Below, piece after piece: positions 18,113-27,300 of a stretch of 35,213 bases of DNA. The DNA is from a virus. Taxonomy: Duplodnaviria; Caudoviricetes. Each line of letters begins with the position of its first letter. Position 1 is the first letter of the stretch. The DNA is taken from the IMG/VR virus record IMGVR_UViG_3300006103_000040, positions 1 to 35,213 of that record. One strand, given 5' to 3'. Under the pieces are notes generated by a model. That model had not been told where the DNA came from. It saw only the letters and a list, made by a program, of their open reading frames with translations, and did not search any database. Position numbers and translations under genes: made by a program.

Positions 18113-19651
18113 TTACGCCAGGGTCATTTGACTGAGGTTGATTACTACGAACTCAGCAGGGTATTCAAGTGCAACGCCAACTTGGATATTGACGATGCCG
18201 TTTTGAATGGATGATGCTGTGTTATTTGTTGCGTTGCAGAGAACGTAATACGACTGGGCTGGGGTTCCACCGCGAAGTCCACCCTGATTACGGTAGTCAT
18301 TTAAGAATGAATTAAATGTACTTGTAATACGGGCCCAAAGGGTTTCATCGTTGTTTTCAAAGAGCGCAATCTGAGCAATGCTCTTGAGATTCTGCTCGAT
18401 GTAGATGAGTGAACGGCGCATGTTGACATAACGGTTTGCTGTTCCATCTTGGAGGAGAGTACGAGCACCCATGACAACAATTCCAGCACCTGGAATTTGA
18501 CGGATAGCATTAACAGGGGCTGATGAACCAGTTCCTGCTGATGGATATCCTGTGTTCAAGTAGTCAAGTTCTGCAGAGGTAAATAAGCGCTCTAGAGAAA
18601 TGACGCTACCAAGAGGTGAGTTCAAACCTGCTGGAGCCTTTGCAACACTCTTTGATGCATCGGTAGCAAGATAGAGACCAGCAACTCCTGCTGATGGACC
18701 GATCAAACGAATTGCTCCATTGCTGCGGCCAATTGGGTCTGTGATGTATGTGTGTGGGTAGTAGACGGCGGCATTGCTGCTTGCAGTCAATCCCTGTGCG
18801 TATGTAATCGCAGCATCAACTGTCTCTCCTGCAGGAGTTTCTGCAACAAAGAAGCCGTTGTTTGCTGAGGCCCATGAGATGGCATCATTGATAACGCCGA
18901 CAACACCAGAAGCAAGAGTGTCATTGATGTTAGGGGTAAACATTACAAGAGCGCGGTTGAGTGCTGAGAACTCATTCCACACTGAGGCGCTTGTTGACGC
19001 GTAGGATGTGTAGTCTCCAGCAACGACGGCTGATCCGTCTGCTCCACCTGTGAGTGGATAGACTGTAAGAACTGGTGTTCCTGAAGCCAATGCACTGACT
19101 GTGACTGAAGAGCCTGCAGTATTGTTGATGACAGTTCCTGCATAGTTTGAAGATGTTGGATCTGCAAATACGAGGTTTTCGTAACGCTCAAGAAGGACAT
19201 CGTTGGTGATGTTCATTGCAGTTCCTGCAACGCCTTCCTTGTAAACCTCAACTGTGTAGGTTCCTGAGATAGTTCCAGCCTTAACGTTGATGCGGAGGTT
19301 GTTGCCGTCATCACCGCGGTTCTTTGCTGTGAAGGTAGCAACTACTACGTTGCCTGATGTCTCTACTGAGACTGTAGCGGCTGCTGCATCGCTGTGAAGG
19401 ATGCGCTTGACGTAGAGTTCACGTCCACCGTTATTAAAGAATTGAGCGACGCCAAAGACTGCAGGGAATGCAGCGTTGTAGCCACCAAACTTTGAAGTAA
19501 ATTCTGTCCAAGATTGAACGCGAGTCACAATCTCAGGACCTTGTGCGAATGGGGCAGCGACTGCACCAGCGGCACTCGTAGCAACTCCCTGAGCGAGAGG
19601 TGCTGGAAGTAGGGTCTCTGTTAAGTAGACGCCTGGACGACCGTAAGTCAT
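18113..19651 (-). CDS. contractile tail sheath protein (gp18-like)
   Basis: RPGVYLTE, QFFNNGGRELYV, AAVYYP, GARTL, YVNMRR, FENNDETLW, PAEFVVI. Confidence 0.97.
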   Translation of the reverse strand: MTYGRPGVYLTETLLPAPLAQGVATSAAGAVAAPFAQGPEIVTRVQSWTEFTSKFGGYNAAFPAVFGVAQFFNNGGRELYVKRILHSDAAAATVSVETSGNVVVATFTAKNRGDDGNNLRINVKAGTISGTYTVEVYKEGVAGTAMNITNDVLLERYENLVFADPTSSNYAGTVINNTAGSSVTVSALASGTPVLTVYPLTGGADGSAVVAGDYTSYASTSASVWNEFSALNRALVMFTPNINDTLASGVVGVINDAISWASANNGFFVAETPAGETVDAAITYAQGLTASSNAAVYYPHTYITDPIGRSNGAIRLIGPSAGVAGLYLATDASKSVAKAPAGLNSPLGSVISLERLFTSAELDYLNTGYPSAGTGSSAPVNAIRQIPGAGIVVMGARTLLQDGTANRYVNMRRSLIYIEQNLKSIAQIALFENNDETLWARITSTFNSFLNDYRNQGGLRGGTPAQSYYVLCNATNNTASSIQNGIVNIQVGVALEYPAEFVVINLSQMTLA

Positions 19652-19685
19652 TCTTTCTCCTGTCTTGTTGTTGGTGGGTTCCGTA

Positions 19686-20354
19686 TTATGGACGAATTGT
19701 TATTGGATCGATTGGCGTAAACTCAGGAATAGTTCCTCCACGAACTTGATCCTGGTAGCCTGTCATGTCGACTTCGAGTGCCTTATAGACTGCCGTATAG
19801 AGTTCTGGTGTGATCTCACTTGAGATGCGCACCGTGAATGCGTTTACGAATAAACGCTTACCTGCTTCTGTGATATCTCGCTTTGAGATATCCAGAACAT
19901 CAAGACGACGAACTGTGTTGTCGTTAGGTTGTAGCACACCAAAGCGCAGGGGTAGTCTGGTGTACATAAGTTGAGCAAGGATCTCGCGGTCATGGCGAGG
20001 TTCACGGGCATAGGTTGTTATCTGATAGTCAATGTTAACTGGGATAGGCTGATGGATATACCAGTCATGATCATCGCCATTGTACTCTGTTGACCCATCA
20101 GGCATTGTTGTTGGGTCTGGCAAGTAGGACGGCTTAACGAGTCCACGCATAGAGCGACTGAAGTCTTCAGCAACGTCCACCATGTCGATGGTGATGTAGG
20201 GGTAAGTCTGGTCTCTGATTTCCTGAGAAGGCTGTCCAAACCATACGCCCACATCGCGGGTGCTTGTACCGTTTGCGTTGGACTTCTGATCTGTCACCTT
20301 CATGCCCTTGAGGAGATTGCGGATAGCCTCATCTTCTGAAAGAAGAAATGTCAT
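19686..20354 (-). CDS. putative tail terminator/completion protein
   Basis: YPYITIDMVDVAED and PVNIDYQITTYAR; immediately upstream of the sheath gene. Confidence 0.65.
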   Translation of the reverse strand: MTFLLSEDEAIRNLLKGMKVTDQKSNANGTSTRDVGVWFGQPSQEIRDQTYPYITIDMVDVAEDFSRSMRGLVKPSYLPDPTTMPDGSTEYNGDDHDWYIHQPIPVNIDYQITTYAREPRHDREILAQLMYTRLPLRFGVLQPNDNTVRRLDVLDISKRDITEAGKRLFVNAFTVRISSEITPELYTAVYKALEVDMTGYQDQVRGGTIPEFTPIDPITIRP

Positions 20355-20668
20355 AGTCCACCTCCAAGACGAGCAAAGAGACGGCTGGTGAGAAACTCTT
20401 CAGATTCGCTCATCCGATTTGAGAAGCGGCGAATGGCGTATGTAGGACGTTGTCCTGGTGTTCCGTACTCAAGATCCTGAGCCTCATCAAAGTGGGAAGG
20501 ATGGACGTGAGCAGTGAAGCCATCGTTAGATGTATAGCGGACGTGAAGTCCACTGATGATCTTTGAAGGCCAACCTGAGGCCTTGGCTTCTGCACGGAGT
20601 TGGGCAGACATGTAGCGAGTAGTATCGCGGGCTGCGTGATGTACGGCTGTGTGGTGAGGGCTTGTCAC
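20351..20668 (-). CDS. HK97-gp10-like tail completion protein
   Basis: AQDLEYGTPGQRP motif; neck-region position. Confidence 0.55.
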   Translation of the reverse strand: MTSPHHTAVHHAARDTTRYMSAQLRAEAKASGWPSKIISGLHVRYTSNDGFTAHVHPSHFDEAQDLEYGTPGQRPTYAIRRFSNRMSESEEFLTSRLFARLGGGL

Positions 20669-20838
20669 TTCTTCTTTTTGCCCTTCGCAACTTTACCGCC
20701 GATATAACCTGCGAGTAGTGCTGCGAAGATTGGCTGTTTTTCTTTAGGACGAAAGCCGAACACACCGCGCATGAACTCTTCACGTTCATGCTGATTGTTC
20801 ATTTCAGCAACTTGTTCGTACCATGGCTTATGAGCCAT
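20665..20838 (-). CDS. hypothetical protein (57 aa)
   Basis: MAHKPWYEQV...GKKKK; purine-rich SD (AAAAGGGG) before ATG 20838; GTGA overlap with the next gene. Confidence 0.65.
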   Translation of the reverse strand: MAHKPWYEQVAEMNNQHEREEFMRGVFGFRPKEKQPIFAALLAGYIGGKVAKGKKKK

Positions 20839-20909
20839 CACAACCCCTTTTCGCAACCTGCGGGAACAGTGGTCAGGAACCGCAGCGGTTACCTGATGTT
20901 GCAATGATA

Positions 20910-20936
20910 AAGAAAAAGCCCCACTTTCGTGGGGCT
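20910..20936 (-). terminator. intrinsic terminator
   Basis: Minus strand AGCCCCAC-GAAA-GTGGGGCT followed by TTTTCTTT, 5 nt after the last small basic ORF. Confidence 0.9.
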
Positions 20937-20941
20937 AAGTC

Positions 20942-21121
20942 TTACTTCTTTTCTTTCTTGATCTTCTTGGCTAGAGCCTTGTCCATCTTTTCATCCGCTG
21001 CACGAGATGGCTTCTTCTTATCCATCTTCTTGTCAGCCTTTTCAAAGGCCGCCTTTTGCTTTGGAGACATACCCTTCATTACCTTGGCATCTTGAGCAGC
21101 ATCTGACATCTTTTTAGCCAT
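20942..21121 (-). CDS. small Lys-rich protein (59 aa)
   Basis: Hand translation MAKKMSDAAQDAKVMKGMSPKQKAAFEKADKKMDKKKPSRAADEKMDKALAKKIKKEKK; TAATG coupling. Confidence 0.8.
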   Translation of the reverse strand: MAKKMSDAAQDAKVMKGMSPKQKAAFEKADKKMDKKKPSRAADEKMDKALAKKIKKEKK

Positions 21122-21279
21122 TACATGCCCTTCTTACGATTGGTAATCATCTTAGGATTTTTGGCCGCTGACATCTTCTTTCCTTTACGGAGAGCAGCAA
21201 AATCTGCAGCATCAATCTTCTTTGGATTACCGCCCATAGCAGCGATCTTCTTCTGCTTAGGAGATAGACCGTCAGCCAT
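21121..21279 (-). CDS. small Lys-rich protein (52 aa)
   Basis: MADGLSPKQKKIAAMGGNPKKIDAADFAALRKGKKMSAAKNPKMITNRKKGM; TAATG coupling on both sides. Confidence 0.8.
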   Translation of the reverse strand: MADGLSPKQKKIAAMGGNPKKIDAADFAALRKGKKMSAAKNPKMITNRKKGM

Positions 21280-21386
21280 TACTTGGCCTTCTTAGAAGCA
21301 CGAGCAGCCTTGCATGATGCACAGGTGCACTTACATCCTTTTGCTGGCTTGCCCTTGGCACAGCCACAACCACATTTAGCACAGAT
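21279..21386 (-). CDS. metallothionein-like Cys/Lys-rich peptide (35 aa), apparent ATC start
   Basis: (I/M)CAKCGCGCAKGKPAKGCKCTCASCKAARASKKAK*, 8 Cys; SD-like GAAAGTAGGT 7 nt before ATC; stop coupled to next ATG. Confidence 0.6.
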   Translation of the reverse strand: MCAKCGCGCAKGKPAKGCKCTCASCKAARASKKAK

Positions 21387-21846
21387 TTTGGGTACCTACT
21401 TTCGTTGATGTAGTTTCTAAATACTCAACAGCCTTTTTTAAGGTGTCAAGATTGTCCTTAGCATGCCCTATCATGAGGTTGCAGTCTCGGCAAAGTAAGC
21501 CTCGAACGCACTTTCCACAGGTAGTATCCGTAGAACAACAGGCATGGTTATGGTCAATATTTGTTTGCCACTTATCTCCGTTTTCATCTGCGGGATGAGG
21601 GAGTGATTTGTTGCATATTGGGCAACACCCTCCTTGAGAATCGTACACGACAACTAGTTCTTCCAAACTCATTGAATATCGCTTTTTAAGATGCGCTTTA
21701 TACCTGTTGATTCGATGATAAGGTTCAAACTTCCAATTAGCCTTATGTTTATTATCGTACTCTTTTTTGCAGGGTTTACAGTATCCGTTACCTTTATGAA
21801 AGTTTTCTTTAGGTTGGGATACTTGACATTTGGGACAGTACTTCAC
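21376..21846 (-). CDS. endonuclease VII-family (His-Me) nuclease, probable free-standing homing endonuclease
   Basis: QGGCCPIC...IDHNH...VRGLLCRDCNLMIGHAKDN plus N-terminal CPKC...CKPC. Confidence 0.88.
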   Translation of the reverse strand: MKYCPKCQVSQPKENFHKGNGYCKPCKKEYDNKHKANWKFEPYHRINRYKAHLKKRYSMSLEELVVVYDSQGGCCPICNKSLPHPADENGDKWQTNIDHNHACCSTDTTCGKCVRGLLCRDCNLMIGHAKDNLDTLKKAVEYLETTSTKVGTQNLC

Positions 21847-22004
21847 TTTGATTTAGATTGTTTGGAGGCCCACATATTATCAATCAAATTTGGCCAAGGA
21901 CGACCAGCCTTTGCTGCTCGTGCCTTTGCCGCACTCTTTGCTGATGATGACAGGGGTGTAGATTTCTTCTTTGGATTTTTGGTATTCCAAACTTCTTTAG
22001 CCAT
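21843..22004 (-). CDS. small basic protein (53 aa)
   Basis: MAKEVWNTKNPKKKSTPLSSSAKSAAKARAAKAGRPWPNLIDNMWASKQSKSK; coupled both sides. Confidence 0.8.
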   Translation of the reverse strand: MAKEVWNTKNPKKKSTPLSSSAKSAAKARAAKAGRPWPNLIDNMWASKQSKSK

Positions 22005-22306
22005 TACTTCTTACCATTATTCTTCTTAGAGATAGCGGCTGCTTTGCTTTTAGCATCAGCCTTAGAAGATGCACCCCATGCTTGTAGGGACAATAGCAAT
22101 CTTGTTGGCTCACCGTTGGGTTTGTGCTCTGGTCCTGGCATTCCACCCATGCGAGCAAGGAATGATGCACGACGAGGATTGTCACCCTTTTTTACTGGAG
22201 CCTTAATATCATGACCCTGTGCTTTAAGAGATGCACGACCTTTGGCGTTTAATCCGCCTTTTTTATTTTGTCCTTCAGATCTTTGCCATGCTGGTGTTTT
22301 AGCCAT
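22004..22306 (-). CDS. small basic protein (100 aa), DUF6321-like
   Basis: MAKTPAWQRSEGQNKKGGLNAKGRAS...PRRASFLARMGG; family name is from memory. Confidence 0.75.
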   Translation of the reverse strand: MAKTPAWQRSEGQNKKGGLNAKGRASLKAQGHDIKAPVKKGDNPRRASFLARMGGMPGPEHKPNGEPTRLLLSLQAWGASSKADAKSKAAAISKKNNGKK

Positions 22307-22307
22307 G

Positions 22308-22472
22308 TTACTTCTTCTTTCCAGCCTGCGCCATCTTCTCCATTTTAGCCTTACCATATTTCTTCATGCCAGCAGCCGCTGCAACTGCAGCAGGATTCTT
22401 AGCACCAGACTTTTTTGCCTCTTCTTCAACTTTCTTGAAGCGGGCTCCTGAACCTAACTTTGCTTTAGCCAT
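22308..22472 (-). CDS. small Lys/Ala-rich protein (54 aa)
   Basis: MAKAKLGSGARFKKVEEEAKKSGAKNPAAVAAAAGMKKYGKAKMEKMAQAGKKK. Confidence 0.8.
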   Translation of the reverse strand: MAKAKLGSGARFKKVEEEAKKSGAKNPAAVAAAAGMKKYGKAKMEKMAQAGKKK

Positions 22473-22659
22473 TTTTCTTATGCCAATCTTTAGTGGCTTT
22501 TACGCCTTGGTCGATGGTCTTGACTTTACCTTTTGTCTTCTTGGTCAAGTCAATCTTGTCGTACTTGCCCTTGTTGCCTGCATGGTCAACAATGACATCG
22601 CCCTTTTTGTTCTTCTTAATTGTATGGCCTTCGCCTTTAATCTTGATGGTCTTAGCCAT
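22465..22659 (-). CDS. small Lys-rich protein (64 aa)
   Basis: Track ORF MAKTIKIKGEGH...; 8-nt ATGGCTAA overlaps with both neighbours. Confidence 0.8.
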   Translation of the reverse strand: MAKTIKIKGEGHTIKKNKKGDVIVDHAGNKGKYDKIDLTKKTKGKVKTIDQGVKATKDWHKKNG

Positions 22660-22849
22660 TCTTTTTCGCCCCCATAGGTGCAGTCATCTTTGCATGTTTC
22701 TCTTTGAGTTTAGCCATCTCAGCCTCATGCTTCTTAGCAAGGGCTTCTACTTCTAGTTTGTGTGATTCTGGCTTCTTATTTGCCATGGCTTTTAATCCAC
22801 CTCCATTAGGATAAGTAAGTGGTGCGGGTTGTAACTTAGATAACACCAC
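22652..22849 (-). CDS. small Lys-rich helical protein (65 aa, or shorter from MANKK)
   Basis: GTG directly after the upstream TAA; KLEVEALAKKHEAEMAKLKEKH looks like a coiled coil. Confidence 0.7.
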   Translation of the reverse strand: MVLSKLQPAPLTYPNGGGLKAMANKKPESHKLEVEALAKKHEAEMAKLKEKHAKMTAPMGAKKNG

Positions 22850-23011
22850 TTACTTATTAACCTTCTTTGCTTCGCTGATACCAATAGCCAAGGCTTGCTT
22901 TCGAGATGTTACTACTGGACCAGTCTTTGATCCAGAGTGCAAAGTTCCAGCCTTGTATTCGGCCATCACTTTCTCTACCTTGCCCTTTTTAGGGGCTGCC
23001 TTCTTAGCCAT
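22850..23011 (-). CDS. small basic protein (53 aa), DUF6496-like
   Basis: MAKKAAPKKGKVEKVMAEYKAGTLHSGSKTGPVVTSRKQALAIGISEAKKVNK; SD GAAAGG. Confidence 0.82.
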   Translation of the reverse strand: MAKKAAPKKGKVEKVMAEYKAGTLHSGSKTGPVVTSRKQALAIGISEAKKVNK

Positions 23012-23030
23012 GGTTAACCTTTCTGGTTAA

Positions 23031-23378
23031 TTACTCAGCGTCGTTTTCGTCGTCATCCTCGTCGTCTTCATCATCGAAGTCGTCGAAATCAATATCTTCG
23101 TCATCTTCATCATCGGCATCATCTGCGTCTGAATCATCTGCGTCTGAATCATCTGCTACAGGAGCATCTGCTACAGGAGCATCTGCTACAGGAGCATCTG
23201 CTGCATCAGTTGCTGGTGGTGCATCGGTTGAATCTGCTGCTGGTGCTGCGTCCGCTGCTGGTGATGCATCTGCTACAGGAGCAGTTGCGTCTGTTGCTGT
23301 TGTTGCGTCTGTCGCAGTTACATCCGCTGCTGGAGCGGCTGTTGTATCAACTGCAGGTGTTGTTGTCTCGTCTGACAT
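23031..23378 (-). CDS. extremely acidic low-complexity protein
   Basis: 115 aa of A/D/T/P with a D/E tail and no Lys or Arg; SD GAAAGG. Confidence 0.8.
   Translation of the reverse strand: MSDETTTPAVDTTAAPAADVTATDATTATDATAPVADASPAADAAPAADSTDAPPATDAADAPVADAPVADAPVADDSDADDSDADDADDEDDEDIDFDDFDDEDDEDDDENDAE
23121..23195. repeat. 15-bp coding tandem repeats
   Basis: atctgcgtctgaatc x2 then atctgctacaggagc x3 (DSDAD, APVAD). Confidence 0.9.
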
Positions 23379-23389
23379 GGCACGCCTTT

Positions 23390-23923
23390 CTAATTTGCGT
23401 AGTCTTGGAATTGTGGATAGTTCTGCAATTCCTCAGGGTTGATTTGATTGCAGTCGATCTGGACCACACTATACCGTTCGGCGTATCGTCCCAAAGGGTT
23501 AACTTGTTGAGGGCGAAACACAATTTGGTTAAAGACTACGTGGTCTTTGACATGGTTGGTTGGGTTAGCAATCATGTCTGGGAGCAGGCGATTGAGATCG
23601 GCCACGGCTACCACGATCTTAAATGTGTCCGTGGTGTAGAAGCCTCGCTCGTTAGGAGAAGAGTCGCCACGAACGTGTTGAGCCATAATGACAGGCATAT
23701 CAAAGGGATCATTCCAACGAACGCCATGTCCTGGAGTCTGGCTTGAGACGTCGTAGATAGGGTCTACCCACGTGTCTAAGTTAGAGGCCAAGGCATTAGG
23801 ATCAAAGGTCCACCAGGATACGGTGGTTCCTACAGGAGATCGTAGTTCATCTACAATTCCCTCATCGTTAGAGGCAATTTCAAATGGGATCTTGAATCTT
23901 CCCTGTACCTGAGTTCCACGCAT
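23390..23923 (-). CDS. putative neck/head-closure protein
   Basis: 177 aa, beta-rich; VDPIYD, ERGFYTTD, DHVVF pattern and position upstream of tail completion genes. Function is inferred. Confidence 0.55.
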   Translation of the reverse strand: MRGTQVQGRFKIPFEIASNDEGIVDELRSPVGTTVSWWTFDPNALASNLDTWVDPIYDVSSQTPGHGVRWNDPFDMPVIMAQHVRGDSSPNERGFYTTDTFKIVVAVADLNRLLPDMIANPTNHVKDHVVFNQIVFRPQQVNPLGRYAERYSVVQIDCNQINPEELQNYPQFQDYAN

Positions 23924-23966
23924 AGAGACTATTCTCCCCTATCTATAGGGATAATAAAGGATTTAC

Positions 23967-24347
23967 TTAAGCGCTGATTTCTTTCCAAGACAAGGTTGGT
24001 TCATCCCACCCATAGAACTTACCACCTGTAGGCATTGGTGTGGGTGCTTCCCAAATGCAGGTTTCTTCATTTAATGTCCACGAAGCAAAAGGCTGAGGCC
24101 AGTAAAAAGCGTCACGACTTTCATCGTAAATCATGCCAATTCCCGCATAGTTTTTGCGGAAAGGCGTCCCTCCTTCACGTGTGCTCTTACCACCAATTGT
24201 GTTGTACGAAGTTCTTTTACAAATTTGAGTACGAAAGTTTCCGTACCATTCTTCTGGTGTTAGGCCTTCAATAAGTTCAGTCTCATCTTTGCCAACAATT
24301 ACTTCTGTAACAATATTGCTGTCATCAAGAAAAGCATAGTGTGCCAT
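23967..24347 (-). CDS. fibre-associated small protein (assembly chaperone-like)
   Basis: MAHYAFLD...KRTSYN...FRKNYAGIG...PQPFASWTLNEETCIWEAP, a type commonly found after Gly-rich fibre genes. Confidence 0.7.
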   Translation of the reverse strand: MAHYAFLDDSNIVTEVIVGKDETELIEGLTPEEWYGNFRTQICKRTSYNTIGGKSTREGGTPFRKNYAGIGMIYDESRDAFYWPQPFASWTLNEETCIWEAPTPMPTGGKFYGWDEPTLSWKEISA

Positions 24348-27300
24348 TATATTGTCACCGTACCTGTTCCTGCTGTGAATGTGTAAATCTTGTTCGTTCC
24401 ATTGTCGTTGTAAGAATAAGTAAGACCGCCACCAATAGAGGTAAGGGTTGCATACGAACTTGGATAAGCAATAATTACTATACCCGAACCACCTGCGCCT
24501 GAGGCATAGGTGGAAGAAGCAGTACCACCACCACCGCCACCTGTATTGGCAGTTCCTGCCGTAGCAGGGTATTGAACACTGTTAAGTGCTCCACCGCCTG
24601 TGCCTCCACCGCCCGCTCCACCGCCGCCTTGGGTTGTGTAAAGAGCAGACGTATTACTAGCGAGGCCACCGCCACCACCACCGCCAGCATAAGTAACTCC
24701 ATTAAGGCTAAAGGTTGAACCAGCACCGCCAGCGCCACCACTAGCAATACCAGGCAGATTTAGGGCACCATTACCGCCTACTGCACCTGCACCACCGCCA
24801 CCACCACCAGAGAAATTAGAACTACCGTAAGTGAGTCCCTTACCGCCAGTATTGCCTTGGCCTGATGTTCCAGCACCACCTGTGCCCGAACTAGTGCCGC
24901 TACCATTACCGCCACCACCAGAGCCACCCGTCACACCGTTATTGGCACCTGGCGCACCACTCGCACCACCGCCTCCACCTGTTGAGGTGATAGATGCAAA
25001 GACTGAGTTTGATCCACTACCACCCGCACCAAAACCGCTAGTTGAAGCAGCACCACCACCACCGACCGTTACTGTGTAGCCAGTACCGCCTGAAACTGCA
25101 AGGGTCGATGAAAGATATCCACCTGCTCCACCGCCGCCTGACGAACCAAAGTAACCAGAACTAGCACCGCCTGCTACGACAAGGTATGTAACAGACGAGG
25201 TTTTATTAGCAGCAGTTGTAATTTGGTTAGAGATTGAACTTCCAGAACCATAACCATTTGCGTTATGAGCATAGACCTGGAATTCATACACGGTGCCTGC
25301 GCTTAACCCCGTAATGTTTGCTGGAGACCCGCTAAAGATCTGTTGTGACAGATATGTACCAGACGAGTTAAGGATGTTTACTGCGTATTGGTCAATAGAA
25401 GCACCACCGTTAGAAGATGGGGCGCTAAAAGTAACTGTTGCTGTTGATGTGCCCGTTGCTGTAGCAGATCCTATACTTGGCGCTCCTGGGACAGTTGACG
25501 GAGTTACTGCACTTGAAGACCCAGAGGCACTAGAAGTTCCATAGCCATTGGTTGCGGTGACTGTAAATGTATACGCAGTTCCATTAGACAAGCCTGAAAC
25601 GGTAATAGGGCTTGATGACCCTGTTCCAGTGATTCCTCCTGGGGAGGATGTCATCGTATAGCCAGTAATACTGGAGTTGTTATTAGCGCTACTTCCAGTA
25701 AATGTAATAGATGCGCTGCCATTGCCTGCAGTTGCTGTACCAATGGTAGGAGTTGAAGGTACATTGTACACGTAAGAACCAGAGGTATTAGAAGCAGCAG
25801 ATGTTCCTTGAGCATTTGTTGCTTTCACTGTGTAGGTGTACGTGCCAGCAGTGGTTTCACTGATATTAAGTGGGCTTGATGCTCCAGATGCGCTTCTTCC
25901 AGAAGAAGAGAGTGCTGTGTAACTTGTGATGGATGAACCGCCCGTGGCGTTACCAGTAAAGTTAACTCCAGCAGTTTTTTCTGAAGTTGTAATGCTAGTT
26001 AGAGTAGGCGCTTGTGGAACCGACGCAGGCGTAATAGCAGAGGATGCGGATGATGAAGAAGATGTGCCGTTAGCGTTAATTGCTGTTACGGTATAAGTAC
26101 GGGCAGTAGTTGTTGGATTTCCAACGGTTTCTGAAATAGTAATAGGGGAAGAAGTATTAGAGCCCGTGGCACCACTAGAAGATGTAACTGTGTAAGCAGT
26201 AATTGCATTTCCACCGCCGCCAGGAACAACATCAACGCCCCAGTTATCTGAGTAGATAATCTGACCAACTGCAGTGTTTGGAAGAACACTTAAACGAGAT
26301 ACAAATGGACCAACAGTTGTAGATGAAAACGTATAGACGGCTCTTGCCTGTACCCATTGCCCGATAACAAGAGTCGCTGGTGAGGAAGAAACAAAGGTGG
26401 GGGAGCCAGAGCCTTCATAGGTAAACGCTATTGTTTTTCCAGCAAGTGTGGAACCTGTAGGAATATAGAACCATGCAGTTACCGCATAAGTTCCTGTTGT
26501 AGGAAGGGTTCCGCCAGCCCAATATCCAATATTAGTATCAGTACCGCTTGTAAGGGTATGGCTCATGGAGTACGTTCCACCATAAGAGTATGTACTTGAT
26601 GTAGAGAGTGTGGCACTAGAAGCCGCATAACCAGAGGTACTTTGAGATTCAAATGTAGGGTTGGTAATGGCGCCTAGTGAGGTAAAGTTAACTGTAACGT
26701 TAGCAGAACCTGTATACGACTGACCAGTAGTAACGGATGGAGTTCCAATAGTTGGTGCTGTTGGAATGGTTGACGGTATAACCGCAGGAGAAGCACTAGA
26801 TGCTGAAGATGTGCCATTAGCGTTTGTTGCTGTAGTTGTAAAAGTGTATTGAGTTCCTGGTGTTAGACCTGCAACCGTAAGGGGTGAAGCAGAACCAGAA
26901 GCAGTTAAAGAGCCTGGGGTTGAGGTTATGGTATAAGAAGTTATAGAAGAACCACCAGTTGCGTTAGCACTAAATGGTACAGAGGCCGATGCGCTTGAGG
27001 CACTATAGGCCTGTCCAGAAGCAAATGTGGGAGTGTTTGTTGTTGGTGCTTGAGGAACTGTTGTAGCAGTTACTGCAGTGGATGCGGAAGAGGCAGTTGA
27101 AGACCCGTTGGCGTTAGTTGCAGCCACGGTGTATGTGTACGACGTTCCGCTTTGAAGGCCTGAAACTACTATAGGAGAAGTTGCACCACTATTTGTATAT
27201 GAGCCTGGTGAACTTGTTACTGTGTAGGTAGAGATAGACTTACCGCCAGTAGATGATGGCGCTGAAAATGCAACAGAAGCAGATCCGTTGTTAAATGCTT

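Noticed and set aside
4742-20354. Bacterial eCIS/T6SS/tailocin locus
   Set aside because: The tail genes resemble CIS components, but contiguous replication genes, a neck-like gene, a homing-type nuclease and the lack of host genes indicate a phage.
21376-21846. Group I intron-encoded endonuclease
   Set aside because: The ORF overlaps both neighbours, leaving no room for an intron core, and the upstream gene has its own stop.
22307-22357. Extended N-terminus MVRLKWRR of the 117 aa track ORF
   Set aside because: It overlaps the 54 aa gene at 22308-22472; the coupled ATG at 22306 is the better start.
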